From: Chrysomallon squamiferum
Lineage: Eukaryota > Animalia > Mollusca
Assembly (NCBI GenBank): GCA_012295275.1
Contig: CM022667.1
Span: 2,852,001 to 2,916,000, forward strand
Direction of reading: 5' to 3'
DNA length: 64,000 bases
The translations under genes and the position numbers were made by a program. How positions within the stretch are numbered: the stretch's first letter is position 1; each line of letters starts with the position of its first letter. The notes beneath the pieces were generated by a model. That model saw nothing but the letters and a program-made list of their open reading frames with translations. It did no database searches and was not told the origin of the DNA. Shown in pieces: positions 13,473 to 32,738 of the stretch.

Positions 13473-13549
13473 TTACCTTTTTCAGTTGTTGCACTCTGGA
13501 CCACCACTAAGCCCACTAGCGCTAAACAAAACCTGCACAGTGTCCCCAT
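1..13549 (-). CDS. Large secreted multidomain protein: signal peptide-VWA-TSP1-VWA-VWA-VWA-ShKT-ShKT-VWC-like-VWC-like-(ShKT...); 3' end beyond window; collagen VI/matrilin-like VWA family
   Basis: 18 exons joined in frame by GT-AG (minus strand): 13549-13477 ([24 protein letters not shown]), 12541-11981, 11461-11192, 10833-10502, 9710-9476, 9151-9107, 8651-8346, 7839-7582, 7143-7108, 6248-5682, 5384-5349, 4751-4614, 4093-3977, 3061-2944, 2445-2306, 1843-1729, 1547-1408, 38-1. Total 3525 nt (1175 codons) with consistent intron phases. Confidence 0.9.
355..1391. repeat. 50-bp intronic minisatellite, about 20 copies
   Basis: Unit CTACTACGTACAGTAACTGTAATCTCTCGTACACGTATTTAAACTGTTAA; ends about 15 bp from the donor at 1407. 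Confidence 0.95.
1408..3061 (-). CDS. Two VWC-like Cys-rich modules, each split over two exons (3061-2944 + 2445-2306; 1843-1729 + 1547-1408)
   Basis: [63 protein letters not shown] and [63 protein letters not shown]. Same phase-2 intron position; both second exons are 140 nt. Confidence 0.85.
3977..4751 (-). CDS. Two ShKT (ShK toxin-like) domain exons, 4751-4614 and 4093-3977
   Basis: [34 protein letters not shown] and [35 protein letters not shown]: six-Cys ShKT pattern ending CxxxCxxC. Confidence 0.88.
5682..6248 (-). CDS. Exon encoding VWA domain 4
   Basis: [20 protein letters not shown]...AGGTNTG...GIIVTDGRS...TQKACQ; MIDAS intact; phase 1-1. Confidence 0.93.
6248..6770. repeat. ~48-50-bp tandem repeat starting at the VWA4 splice acceptor
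   Basis: GCTGAAATGTGATT at 6248, 6296, 6346, 6410, 6458, 6505 and 6553, then decaying copies. Confidence 0.92.
7264..7434. repeat. (AAT)n microsatellite
   Basis: Imperfect trinucleotide run in an intron. Confidence 0.93.
7582..8651 (-). CDS. VWA domain 3 (two exons, 8651-8346 and 7839-7582)
   Basis: [19 protein letters not shown]...GGGTST...FTAAA|[19 protein letters not shown]...SKACE; phase-1 internal intron. Confidence 0.92.
9476..10833 (-). CDS. VWA domain 2 (two exons, 10833-10502 and 9710-9476)
   Basis: [20 protein letters not shown]...KGNTYT...NGARPNAAK|[11 protein letters not shown]...QQKTCN; phase-0 internal intron. Confidence 0.92.
11192..11461 (-). CDS. Exon encoding thrombospondin type-1 repeat plus Thr/Pro/Lys-rich linker
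   Basis: [57 protein letters not shown] followed by [15 protein letters not shown]...; WxxW and CxxxCGGG motifs. Confidence 0.92.
11981..12541 (-). CDS. Exon encoding VWA domain 1 of the secreted multidomain protein
   Basis: [20 protein letters not shown]...GGNTQTG...[11 protein letters not shown]...IFAIGVG...KKTTCK. MIDAS DxSxS/T/D intact; phase 1-1 exon. Confidence 0.93.
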
Positions 13550-13559
13550 GCTGCTACTA

Positions 13560-13670
13560 ACCCTCATTGAGCCAAACCGGCAGCTGGATGCCTCTTTAAA
13601 GATTCGCTCTCTGCTGTTTGTCAGCATACTTTCTTATCCGGACACCCGTGGTATCTGGAATAGCGTTATC
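13560..13670 (-). promoter_or_regulatory. Candidate core promoter of the VWA gene
   Basis: Minus-strand TTTAAAG (13600-13594) about 30 nt upstream of an Inr-like TCAAT (~13568), with GATAA motifs just upstream. Motif match only. Confidence 0.3.
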
Positions 13671-14802
13671 AGAATCCACCAAAGATTCTTGCTTTTCATC
13701 GTTACAGTGATATAAGACGGGAATGTAACAAACCATGATGGAGGAAAAAAATGAAGATGAAAAAGATATTAAGAGCACAAACGTTTTTGGAATTTAAGAT
13801 AATTTCGTTTTTAATCTGACGTTATTTAATTGGTTTAAGAGTTTTAAATGGTAGGTTTTTTTTTGGAGGAACTCTTGCTTGAAGCTAATAGGACACAGGA
13901 TCGAATCATGTGTTATCTGTAGCAGCTGAATGTTTTAATGGGTTGTTTGATAACCTTTTTGGTCCCAAAGGCTGCTGGAATTAATTTTGTATCATTATAT
14001 ATAATTTGTTTTTATTGTTGTTGTTTTTTTTTGTTGTTTTTTTGTTTTGTTTGTTGTTGTTGTTTTTGGGGGGTTTTGGGGAGGGGTGTATTGTTGTTTT
14101 TATTTTTGTTTTGTTTTATTGGGGGTTTCTGGGGTTACTTTTTACTTTTTTATTTTTTATTCATTTTGGATTTTTGTTGGGTTTTCTTATTTGTTTGCTT
14201 GGTTGTTGTTGTGTGGTTTGTTTTGCTTGTTTCGGGTGTTTGGGGGTTTTATTATAGATTTTTTATTTGTTTGTTTCTGTTGCTCTCTGTTTCTCTGTTT
14301 CTCCCTAACATTCTGTGTTTTGTATATGTGTGTATGTGTGTCTGTGTGTGTGTGTATATATATATACTCAGGTAATAACCGGATATACCGCTGTCATAGT
14401 GCTACTTGACATGCGCTAGTTTTCAAGCTGTCGAAGAGACGCTCTCAGATTTCTCATTGTAGATATTGTTTTTGGAACATTCAACTTCTTACATACAGCC
14501 AAACGTTATTTACTTTCAAAGGTAATTTTTGTGATATGGAATTCTGAAAAAAAACATCTTAGAGTATCATTCCATCTGAATGAGCTGGCCAGCAACGAAC
14601 AGTTCAAAATAAAACGAAAGCTGTCTGGGTAATGTGGGGCCGGGGTAATTTGGGCCACTACCCCAACCTTCCACAGAGCGTACCATTACATGTGTGTGTT
14701 ATTATATACTAATTTTCTTCAACAATTTTAGTAATTCAGTTTCTGATACCATTAGAATGATCAGCTGGACATTAAATATATATATATGTGTCTGTGTGTG
14801 TG

Positions 14803-14803
14803 T

Positions 14804-14902
<99 letters not shown>

Positions 14903-15332
14903 CTTATTTATTTACTTATTTATTTGTTTATTTATTTTCTTATTTATTTATTTATTTATTTACTTATTTATTTATTTACATATTTACTTATTTACTTACG
15001 TATTTATTTATTTTTATTTGTTTGTTTGTTTGTTGGTGAGCACAAAAGAAGAGCAGGCTAAGAAAGCTGTCACTAGATGTGTTGAAATGTGCTGTAGAGA
15101 ACGTTGTAGTTGTAGAAGGAACATTGCAACCAAGACGAACAGTTCAAATTCCTCTCACAAAATGTAACACACGTCGAGTTTTCACAGAGGCAGAGGAGGA
15201 AATAATCAACATTTGTCTGATTATAGTCTGTTTTTGCAATCCGAATTTGAACTAGAGGTTAAAATGCTAAAACATGTCCCAACCTGCCCCTGTCTTCCAC
15301 ACACACACACACACATACACACATACACACAA

Positions 15333-15400
<68 letters not shown>

Positions 15401-15703
15401 CACACATACACACACTCACACACACACATATACATACACACACATACATACACACACATACGCACATACACACATATATACATACACACACATACACATA
15501 AACACACACATACACACACATACACATACACACATATACACACACACATACACATACGCACACATACACACACACATACCAACACAACACACTCACACAT
15601 ACACGTACACACACATACACACACACATATATACACACATGCATATATATATGCATATATACATACACACACACAACATATATACATACATACATACATA
15701 CAT

Positions 15704-15734
<31 letters not shown>

Positions 15735-15740
15735 AACACA
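14803..15740. repeat. Microsatellite cluster: (TTTA)n 14803-15020 and compound (CA)n/(TACA)n 15298-15740
   Basis: Directly visible simple repeats; they explain the YLFI and HTHT/CVCV ORFs. Confidence 0.95.
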
Positions 15741-17862
15741 AAGAGTTGATTTTCTGATGGCTAAAACTGTAATACTGCTGTTTGTTATGTTTCTGTATTT
15801 GTTGTTACTGATAATTTCATTTTTTGCACAATTTGGCTTACACTTAGTGGCCTTAAGTCAGCAGTCAAATCCTTTCTACGCCTCTAAAAATTGCACATAT
15901 CTTACATCAGCTTTATTGTTGTCAGTAAATTGTATTATGTTCTGTTTTGGGTAAATTTGCGAATTTTGCGAATTTTGCTTTGTCCGAGAGAAGTGCGCGT
16001 GCTGCCGGCTGTCCGCTCCCAGTGCCCACGTGTCAAAAGGTCGTTATCAGAACTGATCACGTGACTAGAAAGATTAACCGTTTTACCCTCTGTATATATT
16101 CCTGGTGCCCTGTCCTTAAATCGTAACATTAATCTGATTTTGATTTCCACCATTTTTTAAATTCTCACCAACATTTTTTTGTCGTTATTCTTTTTTTATT
16201 ATTATTTATATATTTTTAATTCCTTTATCTTTCTTTCTTTCTTTCTTATTATTTTTTTTTTTTTTTTTTTTTTCCTTTTTATTTTTTTATTTTTCCTTAT
16301 TATTACATTTTTTCTTTTAAATCATGTTTTTCGTATTCGGCAGTTCTATTCTGAATATTTTATTCCACTCTTTTATTGTCCTTACCAGTCTACGCCCGAT
16401 GTCATATAATTATGAGTGAATATAACTCAAATGGAGAACAACAGAACTGCATAATTTACAAAAGCCCTGTGCTTATAAATAAACATTCTTTCATCTTTAC
16501 TAACACACACACATAAACATAAAAAACGCATACTGTTCGTTAACTTTAATTTATTATTTTAAAAATATACAAGCTCGTTATTTAAATGTATATTATTTAT
16601 TTACCAACAAGGTGTTCCAATTACATTTTTAATATTATTTGTTTCAAGGAGACTAAAGGTTACATATTATTTTTACCACTGCTGCACATAAGTTATTTAT
16701 CATTTCAAAATTGTTCCGCAGATCACGAGGAATTCTTTTACAGATAAACTGGACCCCGGTCGTAATCTAACTGACTTCCATAGCTGGTTAAGAATGGGGA
16801 CAGTTTTAAAGAAACCAGTTTGTGCCACGCATTACAAAAGTGGAAGTTAAAAAAACAGAAGATTTGTAATGGCGTTTAATTTTAATCCTATCTTAAATAG
16901 GTGGAAACCGATGTGTCATTTTATAGTGTGATGTATTGCACAGTAATGTTAATTTTAAAAAAAAAAAGATGAAAGTCAGTGTTGTCGTCAGTAATAATTC
17001 ATTAAAAGTCATAATTTTTGAAATCTTCCTTGTCTGTCAAACTAGACGATTTTAAAACCTGTTCATCTTTATGTTTTTGGTTTTTTTTTTTGGTAGATGA
17101 GTTTTTTCAACACCCAATTAAATATTAAAACATGAAATATCTGAGATATTATCAGACATTTTAATCACTAATAATAACTGCTATATTAGTGGTAAGAACA
17201 ATTTATTTATTATTATAATAATAATAATGATAATAATAATTATTATTGTTGTTGTTGTTGTATGTTTGTATTTAGGGTTTTGTATTTTCAGCCTACTGCG
17301 TCTTACACTGTCCTAGTTGATAACTTAGAAATGTAGGTCACACGGTCAACTGGCTACCTGACCTTGATTCATTTAGATAACATTAGATAAGTGTACATTT
17401 GACCATTGGTCCACGCATACTTAAAGTGTACGTGAGTTGACAGGAATATCTAACCCACTATTTGTTTTATTTGTATGTTACTCGCTTCTACCTGCAGTCT
17501 GTAAGAACAAACAGACTCAACATAATAACATATTTTTAATTTTCATCCATTTGTAGAAGCTCTTACCCATGCAATTCTAGTATCAATATTAATTTTTAAG
17601 TTTAATAAATAAATAACGTTAGTAATCTTTATATGGTGGTGAGTTGTCTATTCTGATAGATACATAGATAGAGTAAATGTATGTAGATGTTTATGTGTGT
17701 GTGCGTGCGTATATACATACATACCTATTAACCCATGCTTTCAGAAACAGAATCCGTTCTTTGACATCAACAAATTCAAAACAAACAAAAATAAGCAGTT
17801 TTCTGGATAAAAAAAAACCTTTTAATAGAAAATATTGATCGTGCATGAAATATAGTTCGTAG

Positions 17863-17894
<32 letters not shown>

Positions 17895-18174
17895 GTGTAA
17901 TACTAATGAAATAAAAAAATTAGAAATCATCTACACTGTTATCTTCATAAACAAAAAATGTGCCGTTGTAACTAACGGCTTTGTAACAAAATGCACACAG
18001 TTACATAATCCAGCAAGTTCCCGATTTTCGACAGGTTTGCGTCACTGAAAACGAACACGTAAACTGAATGACAGAAAAGCGAAGCTGTTATTTTAATAGC
18101 GCTGGTTCATCATGTGTACAAGTTCATCTGCGTCTTTTAACTTTTATTTATTCTTCTTTTTCTTCTATTTTCTT

Positions 18175-18205
<31 letters not shown>

Positions 18206-18360
18206 ACATTTTATAAACTCATTTAGTTTATCTGAGAATCTTTATGCAAATAATATATTTTAAAAATATAATAATAATAATAATATTAATAATAATAATA
18301 TGATGATGATGATGATGACAACAATTATATAATGATAATAATAACGATGATATTAATGTT

Positions 18361-18405
<45 letters not shown>

Positions 18406-18794
18406 TAACTAAATTAAACAGTACAGATTGACATGTTTAATAACGCGTAGTCAATCCAATGTCTGTAACATCTGTAAGTCTGTCACGACATCTGGTAACA
18501 CGTGGATGTAGACTGTAACACTGCGGCTACACGTAATTAAAATAAAAATCCGATGACGACAGCATTTGTTACAACACAAAAGTGACATATGTAATAAAAT
18601 CTATAACGTAAGATTACGTATTCTGGCCAGACAGAATGACTCAGCTCAGTATAGGCCAATGTGTGACCTTTTACAATATAAAGGAAAGCGATGAACAAAA
18701 CTATGCGCTCAATGCCGTATTTGCATTTTCGGTCAGTAACCCATGATTCTTTTATAAAACGCGGTGGTGTGTGGTTTGTTATCTACAAATAGAC

Positions 18795-18865
<71 letters not shown>

Positions 18866-18869
<4 letters not shown>

Positions 18870-19089
18870 ATCAGGCAGATATAATGAAAAAGAGAGTGAT
18901 AGATAGACTAACCAAACATAATACCCACAAATGCATGATCTATGCAGATCCTGTGTGTAAAAAAAGGCAGAGAGAGAGAGAGAGAGAAAATCAGGCAGAT
19001 ATAATGAAAAAGAGAGTGATAGATAGACTAACCAAACATAATACCCACAAATGCATGATCTATGCAGATCCTGTGTGTAAAAAAAGGCA
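18866..19089. repeat. Near-perfect 120-bp-period tandem duplication anchored on (GA)n
   Basis: AAAATCAGGCAGATATAATG...CTGTGTGTAAAAAAAGGCA occurs twice, exactly 120 bp apart. Confidence 0.92.
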
Positions 19090-19537
19090 AAGGTATCGTT
19101 TACAGTGACACGCTAAATTACAGTGATATACAAATTATATACGTAAACTGTTTTATTTTCCTCTGTTAAATAGTACTATTACAAAATAATAAAAACTCTT
19201 TTCTATGAGATACTACCGAATAATGACATCATGTATGGGTATTAAAGAACGCGACGAAATTACAAAACTGGGTCTTCTAAACCGAGACGTTGTTGTAGCC
19301 GGTAATGTCGCATCTGTTACACCGTCTAGCAGTGTGATTCCGTCTTGATTTTCTTGTCCAGTTTGACAGGCAGATGTAGGTTATAAAACACTGATGAAAA
19401 ATGTCCTTGTTTCTGTTTGCCGTATCAAAAATTTTAAAAGTTTTCAGTGAAGTCATAATCCTTGCATCACTTGAAAAAAATTGAAAAATACAGAACACAT
19501 TTTGAACACATTACATAACTCCATCTTTAACCCTTAA

Positions 19538-24727
<5,190 letters not shown>

Positions 24728-25616
24728 GGCTGTCACAGCTCGTTGCTAGGATACCATGCTGAAAGACAAACGTTCGTTTTAATGCAAATAACAAATTAAA
24801 CCAAAACAGCTAGAAAGAAAATACGTTTTGCTAACTCCCCTTTCACCAAAAAAAAACGAACAAAAAACAACAACAACAAAGTGAGTCCAAACGTAAAGTC
24901 TCTATGTGGTTTCTTTGTATGTGTGTGTCTGTCTGTCTGTCAGTGTGTGTGTGTGGAGGGTGAGAAAGTGCTGGGTATGTCAGTGTGTGTGTGCGTATGT
25001 GTATGTGTGAGTGTGTATGTGTGTCTGTCTGTCTGTATATGTGTGTTTGTCTGTCTGCCTCTGTTTTGTATGTGTGTGAGTATTTGTGTGTGTGTGTGTG
25101 TGTGCGCGCCCGGGCGCGCATGTTTGTATGTGCGTGTATGTGACTGAAATATTGGGCAGTTTTAAGGTTCTTGCATACATCAGTTAACTATCCTAATCCT
25201 CACACCGAAAGACAAAAACTTGAGTTTCCGAAAAAAACAAATGATGTTGTTTTTTTTTTTTCTTTTTAAAAAAATAAAAATATTAAAATATGTATATATT
25301 GATTAATATCTTTTAGCAAGATCGTAAAATTCTGACTGCATAAAAAAAAATTGGGAGAAATAGCTCGAGGCAAGACAGGTCTCAATATCACATTGTTCTT
25401 GGTGCCCCCATTAGCCCTCTGTCCTTTTCAACCCGCACTGTGAGATTCGTGTCAACTGACCAGTGTCTTTGGGGTTATAGAGACAACCCCAACCCTTACA
25501 GCCAGCGCAGATTTCATTTAAAATAAAATAAAACCAATGCTTTGTTACAAATAAATTTAAATAATGAACAATATAATAAATTTGTCGGTAAAGAAATATT
25601 CTTTTATTCATTTAGT

Positions 25617-25658
<42 letters not shown>

Positions 25659-26470
25659 AATTAAAATTAGCTGAACATCTTTTACTATTCTCTTTTATAT
25701 TTTTAATTTTCTTTCTTTTCAGTTTCTTTTTTTTTTTTTGTTGTACGAAAAAATATAAAATTTGGGTCAGACTTTAGTCATTTTTTTTTTTTTTTTTTTT
25801 TGCGTTTCAGCATTTGAAACGAAAACGGCGACAATTCGCTTCGAACAAACAAAAAAGGAAAAACAATACCAAAAACACACTTATACAAATGAATAAATAG
25901 CGTGTTGTCTGAAATACATTCCTAGCATTGTCAGAATATTCTGTTACGAGACGCACCGTGTGTTTTTTTTTTCACGTGTTTAAACGAAGACAGGTTAAAC
26001 CGTGTCTTGTAACATAATCACTTCACCTTGACCAGTCTGAGATAAAAACGTCTAACAGAGCCGTTCATTTAGTTTTGTTACTGACACCGTGTATTTTAGT
26101 ATACCCTGTTAAAACACCCCCTCGGTGTTTTTTTTCTTCTTCTGTATCGTATCACTGAACATCCTCTCTTGACAACGGATTTAGATACACTACCACATAG
26201 CTGAATTTGCTGCGGAGTACAGCGAAACAGGTCAAAACGAATGAACATCTGGATGTTTGATTCATTCATTTATCTCTGTTGAAACATTTTAATTAGGGAT
26301 TATATGTTACTATTCTCATCTACTGTTATCAATAAAGTATCTCAATGTTGTTAGAAAAGATTAATATTCAAAGTAACTTTTAAAATAATTTTTTCGCCAT
26401 GTATATACTATATAGATTTATTTTACTGGGTAACCATACGAACAGACAAATTTTAAAAAATAAAAAAGCA

Positions 26471-26528
<58 letters not shown>

Positions 26529-28165
26529 CATTAAAACATAAAAAAACCTCAAAAAACCCCAGCTGTAAATGATATTTATAAATAGTAACTCTAATGGCTA
26601 TTAAAATATCTTTAACGGCAGTAAAAATTAACTTTAATAAGAGCAATATTCGGCTATGCTTGTTGCTTTTTTAGCATCACTATGGATAAATACATTGCTG
26701 TATATATATATAACAATAGTAGCAGTGCAATACTGAATAAATGGACTTTGTTAAAACCACCTTTCAAATTCATTTTAGTATGACACTACACACGTTGTGA
26801 GAAGGCAAACATGCAAATATTAAAAATATAGAGAGTCGTTAGATTCTATACTAGAAATAACAATAAACGCAAAATTTGGATTCAAAGAAATGAAATGACC
26901 GATTTGTAACTTCTGTTATTCGCTTATAATCGCCCCCAAAAAATATTTAATATAAAAGTAATGCACAAAGCATTTGGACGTCAATTTTTCAAACTTTTAA
27001 TCGACTATGAATCATGTAATTTGGTCCCCATAATAAAATATAAATAAGGAATTTATAGTTCATATAAATATTTATTGTTAGGATAAGATTTTTAAAAATA
27101 AAAAATACATCTTTTTTTTTTTTTTTTTTCTTTCTTTTTTTAAATTATAAAATTCAATAACAAAAAGAGAAAAATAATTCAAAAAATAAACAAACAGTTA
27201 TCATAATGATATCCGTGAAGTTCTTTCTAGCAAATTATAACAGTATCACAGTTTCGTGTAGACAGAAACAAATAACAGACAGTTTGCAGAAACGTTCCTC
27301 AATGAAATCTGCACAGGCTACCAACCAGCCTGATTGAAAAAAAACAAAAAAATTAAAAAAAAAAACAAAAAATGATAGAACTCTCTTGCAGCTATTAATC
27401 AAGAAAAATCTATATATTTACAAGCATTGTGTTTCTCAGCTAACAGAAAGAAAAGCGTACAAGAATATCTACCGCTAATCAGCAAGAATACCTCTTCAAA
27501 TCAACTATCTGTCGTACAAAACAGTGGCTAGGAGCTGATCAGTAAGAATTAACTAAAATTAAGTGGCAGTAGATGGACACCACTCTTGCTAATAAAAGAA
27601 GGTTCGTTGGATCACCCATGAGAATCAACAATGGAATAATAATCCACTGAGTGGCATTAGGTGAGTGGATACCATCACTCTTGCTGATAAAATATGGCTC
27701 GCTAATCCACCACAGCAAGAATCGATAATGGATTGGCAACGAACAGGTTCGTCTCTCGTGCAAAATCGCATAAAAACCACGTCTTGCTGGTTAACAAACT
27801 TTGTGCACCCAGGCAAAAGGTAGCGATAAATTTCAGCATTGTGATAATTAATGTCTGATCCCTTATTACTCGTAATATACATGGCTGAGTCGTAACAAAA
27901 AGAAAGGTTTATTCAGTTATGTGGTGGTATTCTTATTTTGCCTGATTTTTACGTCGAAGGTAAACTAATAATTATCTATAAGAATATGTTTTAAAGGAGC
28001 TTTATAATAATATTCGTCGAGGAAACGTTCACGACTTGATGAAGAATGATAAAGGCTGACCCTAGACAGAAAGAGAATGACACTCTCGAGATATTTCCAT
28101 GTTTTGTTATTATCAGTGATAGAAATGGGAAGAAATACGCTTATGACAATTATCAGTGGCTACAA

Positions 28166-28466
<301 letters not shown>

Positions 28467-29243
28467 CTAACACTATTTCTTCCGTAGCTATTTATCCATT
28501 TATCTATATATCATCCCTCTGCTCGCGTCCTCTGTGTGTCTGTTTGTATGTGTGTTTATCATCTCTCTCTATCTTTTTTCTAAAAATATCGGACATGCAC
28601 TTAGTTAGTACGAAATAATACCGTAAAAAAAAATGACACATATTTTTTGTGACTGTACTTGAAAGAAGATACCACGCATTGCCAATGTAACGCTAATGAA
28701 CTGAACACTTACTTTACGACTTACGTCAGAAGTTGAACGTAAATTCTACGTCTTTAAACCAGTTTGTACCGCTTCTCTTAATTTACCAAACAGCGAGGAA
28801 ATCTGATGCGACGACATAAAAATGTCTTGTATGACCTATCAGTTTATAACAGCCTAATAATACACAACGCCACTGGCATACTCATACCGCAGAACGACCA
28901 GTGCGTTTGCTGAAGTTGTCGAGTATCTCACAGTGTGCTGTACGGAATCATTATTTCAGCTCAACACACTGGCAGATCAATGTCAGGAGATTATTTAATC
29001 ATTATGTAAATTTACGAGTATCTGCGTTCATATCATCGTTTCAACGTACTTGTGATGATAAAATACATCATAAGACTCAGTTTCTTATTATTACACTGGA
29101 ATAACCAGTTATACTCGGTCCAAAAAAAAAAAAGAAAAAAAAAAGAAGCATATTATAATTATTAAAAGATTTCATGGAATTCTTTTTATTTTTTTTTTTT
29201 TTAAATTAGACTTAATATTATACTAGAGAAGCATAAGTTGATC

Positions 29244-29610
<367 letters not shown>

Positions 29611-29779
29611 CGTTAATCTCTCCTTATACCTATTTTAATACGTACATACATTTCTTCATTATTTAATTTTTTTTTTTAAATATATTTATTATCTAAAAAT
29701 TTATACCAAATGTCTCTTTTTTATTTTTTCTGTTTTTCCGATTTTTTTTTTTTTTTTTCTTTTGGTGTTTTTTTCTTTG

Positions 29780-29821
<42 letters not shown>

Positions 29822-30070
29822 TATTTTAGTTTAGTTCGATTTTTTTCTTTCTTTCTTTTCTTTCTTTTCCTATCAGTATATATATTAGATAAATTATTCT
29901 TGGTGACGTAACTGAACGTATAGCTTTCACTGTATAATAAATCACATCAAGTCAAATAATAAAATCTAGTCACGCTGTTGATGATAAATTGCAGATGTGA
30001 CAATTAATTCTGTCACATAATTCCGAGTGGATGACCTAGGACACAAACATACTGTCAGACGCGTGCCGCC

Positions 30071-30175
<105 letters not shown>

Positions 30176-30417
30176 CAAAACACCTTAGCAATGCATTATA
30201 AAATGAATTTAAGCATTATACCAATAATTCATATGTCTATTCAGCTGCTCAAAATATAAAATACACATTTTTGTTTCACTATATAATTCATTTAATTACC
30301 TGATAGAAATTTCATGTGCCTTAAATTGATTTACAAATCCGATCAGTTAATATATATTAAATGATTTATTATTTTTATTATTGTTATATTCTTCTCTGTT
30401 TTTTCTTTTTTCTCTCT

Positions 30418-30454
<37 letters not shown>

Positions 30455-31712
30455 TATTTTCTTTTTATATATTTATGTATTTATTTATTTTTATTAATAA
30501 TAAGTTACGTATAAAGTAAAAGGAAAAAGAATATATATCCAAATTACATAAATGGTACTTTGCATTAAAATAAAATAAAAATTTAAAAATCAAAATAAAA
30601 GATGGGCACATGGACACCAATATCAAATGTGCAGAGTAAAAAAAATAGAGAGGAGTACATACAGACATACTGACATACGTATATAATATATATAAACTGT
30701 GACCAGAATTATATTTCTGGATTTAGACAAGTGATATACTATATAACCAGAATAACGTGCTTACACCTTCAGTGAACTTGGGACAAAATAAATTTATAGT
30801 TCATGCTATTTATCTATAAATCACAGCGAAATAGTCCAGTAGTAATAAAATAATAAGAAAGATTCACAATATAACCGGAGGAAAAAGAACAATCTAAATC
30901 CAGGCAAAGAAAAACAAAGATGGATAATACATTTGTAATATATATATATATATATATATATATACTTACAAAATGTTCACGTTTCAAATATGTGACGCTC
31001 TCTTTTCAATTCCACAATATTCCGAGATTAACAGAGTAATAAAAAGTGTCATGTGTTAGAATGAATCTGCTCTTGAACATCATTTCTGTCACTTAAAAGA
31101 TTTCGTTTTTCTCTCATTTCGTCTGCTGCTTAACCTTGTCGTCTGCTTTTGCGCATTAACTGGGTCACAAATAAATATCAGTTTTCTTTATCCGTCTTCT
31201 TGATGCACCCGTGCGTCATATTAAACAAAAATAATTTTCAGAAGTTACCTTTCCACATCAGGATCCATATTTTTGGTATCAGCTGCTCTTTACAGAATTT
31301 CTCCGTGTCAACAATAGAACCTTCGTTTTGTCGCGGGTGTTCTACCCTGCTAAGCTGTGTATGCGTTTCTTTCGTCTTTTTTTTTTTTTTAATTTTTTTT
31401 TTTTTATTATTATCATATTCTATCTTTTTATTCCCTGCAGCATCTGTTTCCGCTATACTATATGGAAAATTGAATTTACGCTGACTTTAAAAGAAAAATG
31501 TCTAATTAAAAACGTAATGATAATAGATTGCCTGGAAATTACATTCTAGTTAATTTTAATACGTGACAAATACTCGATTTATTTCTACCTTTTTTCAAGA
31601 TCAATGCTAAAGGCACCGAGGTTAAATATTTCAGATAGAATTTTTCAAAAAAATAATAATAAAAAAAATACAAATGTTATTGTTCTTTTTTGTAACTAAA
31701 TTTTGTAACCAG

Positions 31713-31770
<58 letters not shown>

Positions 31771-32005
31771 GTAGTAGTAGAAGTAGTAGTAGTAGTAGCA
31801 GCAGCAGTAGCAGTAGTATTGCTGTTGATGGTGTTGCTGCTGCAGCTGCTTTTTCTACGACGATAATATTGCCACTACTCTAATCTAATTTTCTTTATTG
31901 CGTTGTTGTTATATTATTTAGTCTTTGATAGAGATGTTGAGAATATTATTGGTGTTGTTTTGTAATTTTGTTGTTTTTGTTTGCTTTCTCTGTTCTTCCT
32001 TTTAC

Positions 32006-32071
<66 letters not shown>

Positions 32072-32695
32072 TAATGTTAATATTATTATTGTTGTTGATT
32101 TTTTTTTGTTCATTATTTTTGTCGATTAGCAAAAAGAAATATTCCATATACACCTTCCCACCGTTAGGGGAAAATCCTCTACCAAATTGTTTGATAAACC
32201 GTAATCTCAAGGACGAGAAAATTGATATGTCATCTGTAAAGTACACATAGCATGGAAGGGAAAACAACAGTACGATGCCTCAGGCAAAAATAAATATATC
32301 ACTGAAATGCGTTAAGTATTGATTGTTATACAGTCACGTTACGTATTCTACGCTTCAAATACAGAAACATTGATTTTTACTCTCAGTTATATGTCTGCAT
32401 TGTTTTGTAATGGTTATTGTTGAAGAAAGAATAATAGTTCAAAAAAACAAACAATATAAAATTTTAAAAATTCATAATAAATAATAAACGAAAATAAATT
32501 AAGCAATGAGTCAGGGAGTGATTCAGTTCAGAAATCGTTAAAAAACAATTAATTAAAAGGTGTGTTTAAGATTGCGTCATCATCTTTGTTGTTTTTGTTA
32601 CTCATCATCATGTCATCTGGTAGTTCTTCTTCTTCTTCTTCTTCTTCTTCTTCTTCGTCGTCGTCGTCGTCGTCGTCGTCTTCGTCGTCTTATTA

Positions 32696-32738
<43 letters not shown>

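Noticed and set aside
14625-14662. GGGTAAT(G/T)TGGG doublet resembling a transposon terminus
   Set aside because: No matching opposite end or TSD found.
13938-15749. Long ORFs rich in FIYL, HTHT or CVCV
   Set aside because: They are translations of (TTTA)n, (CA)n and T/G-rich low-complexity tracts, with no splice or domain support.
27480-27900. GC-richer block with short ORFs (27539-27763, 27625-27882)
   Set aside because: No recognisable domain or splice structure; probably decayed repeat fragments, family not assignable by eye.
30960-31090. Short minus-strand ORF MTLFITLLISEYCGIEKRASHI resembling a neuropeptide precursor
   Set aside because: Only 22 codons, and it stops before the nearby donor; expected by chance.
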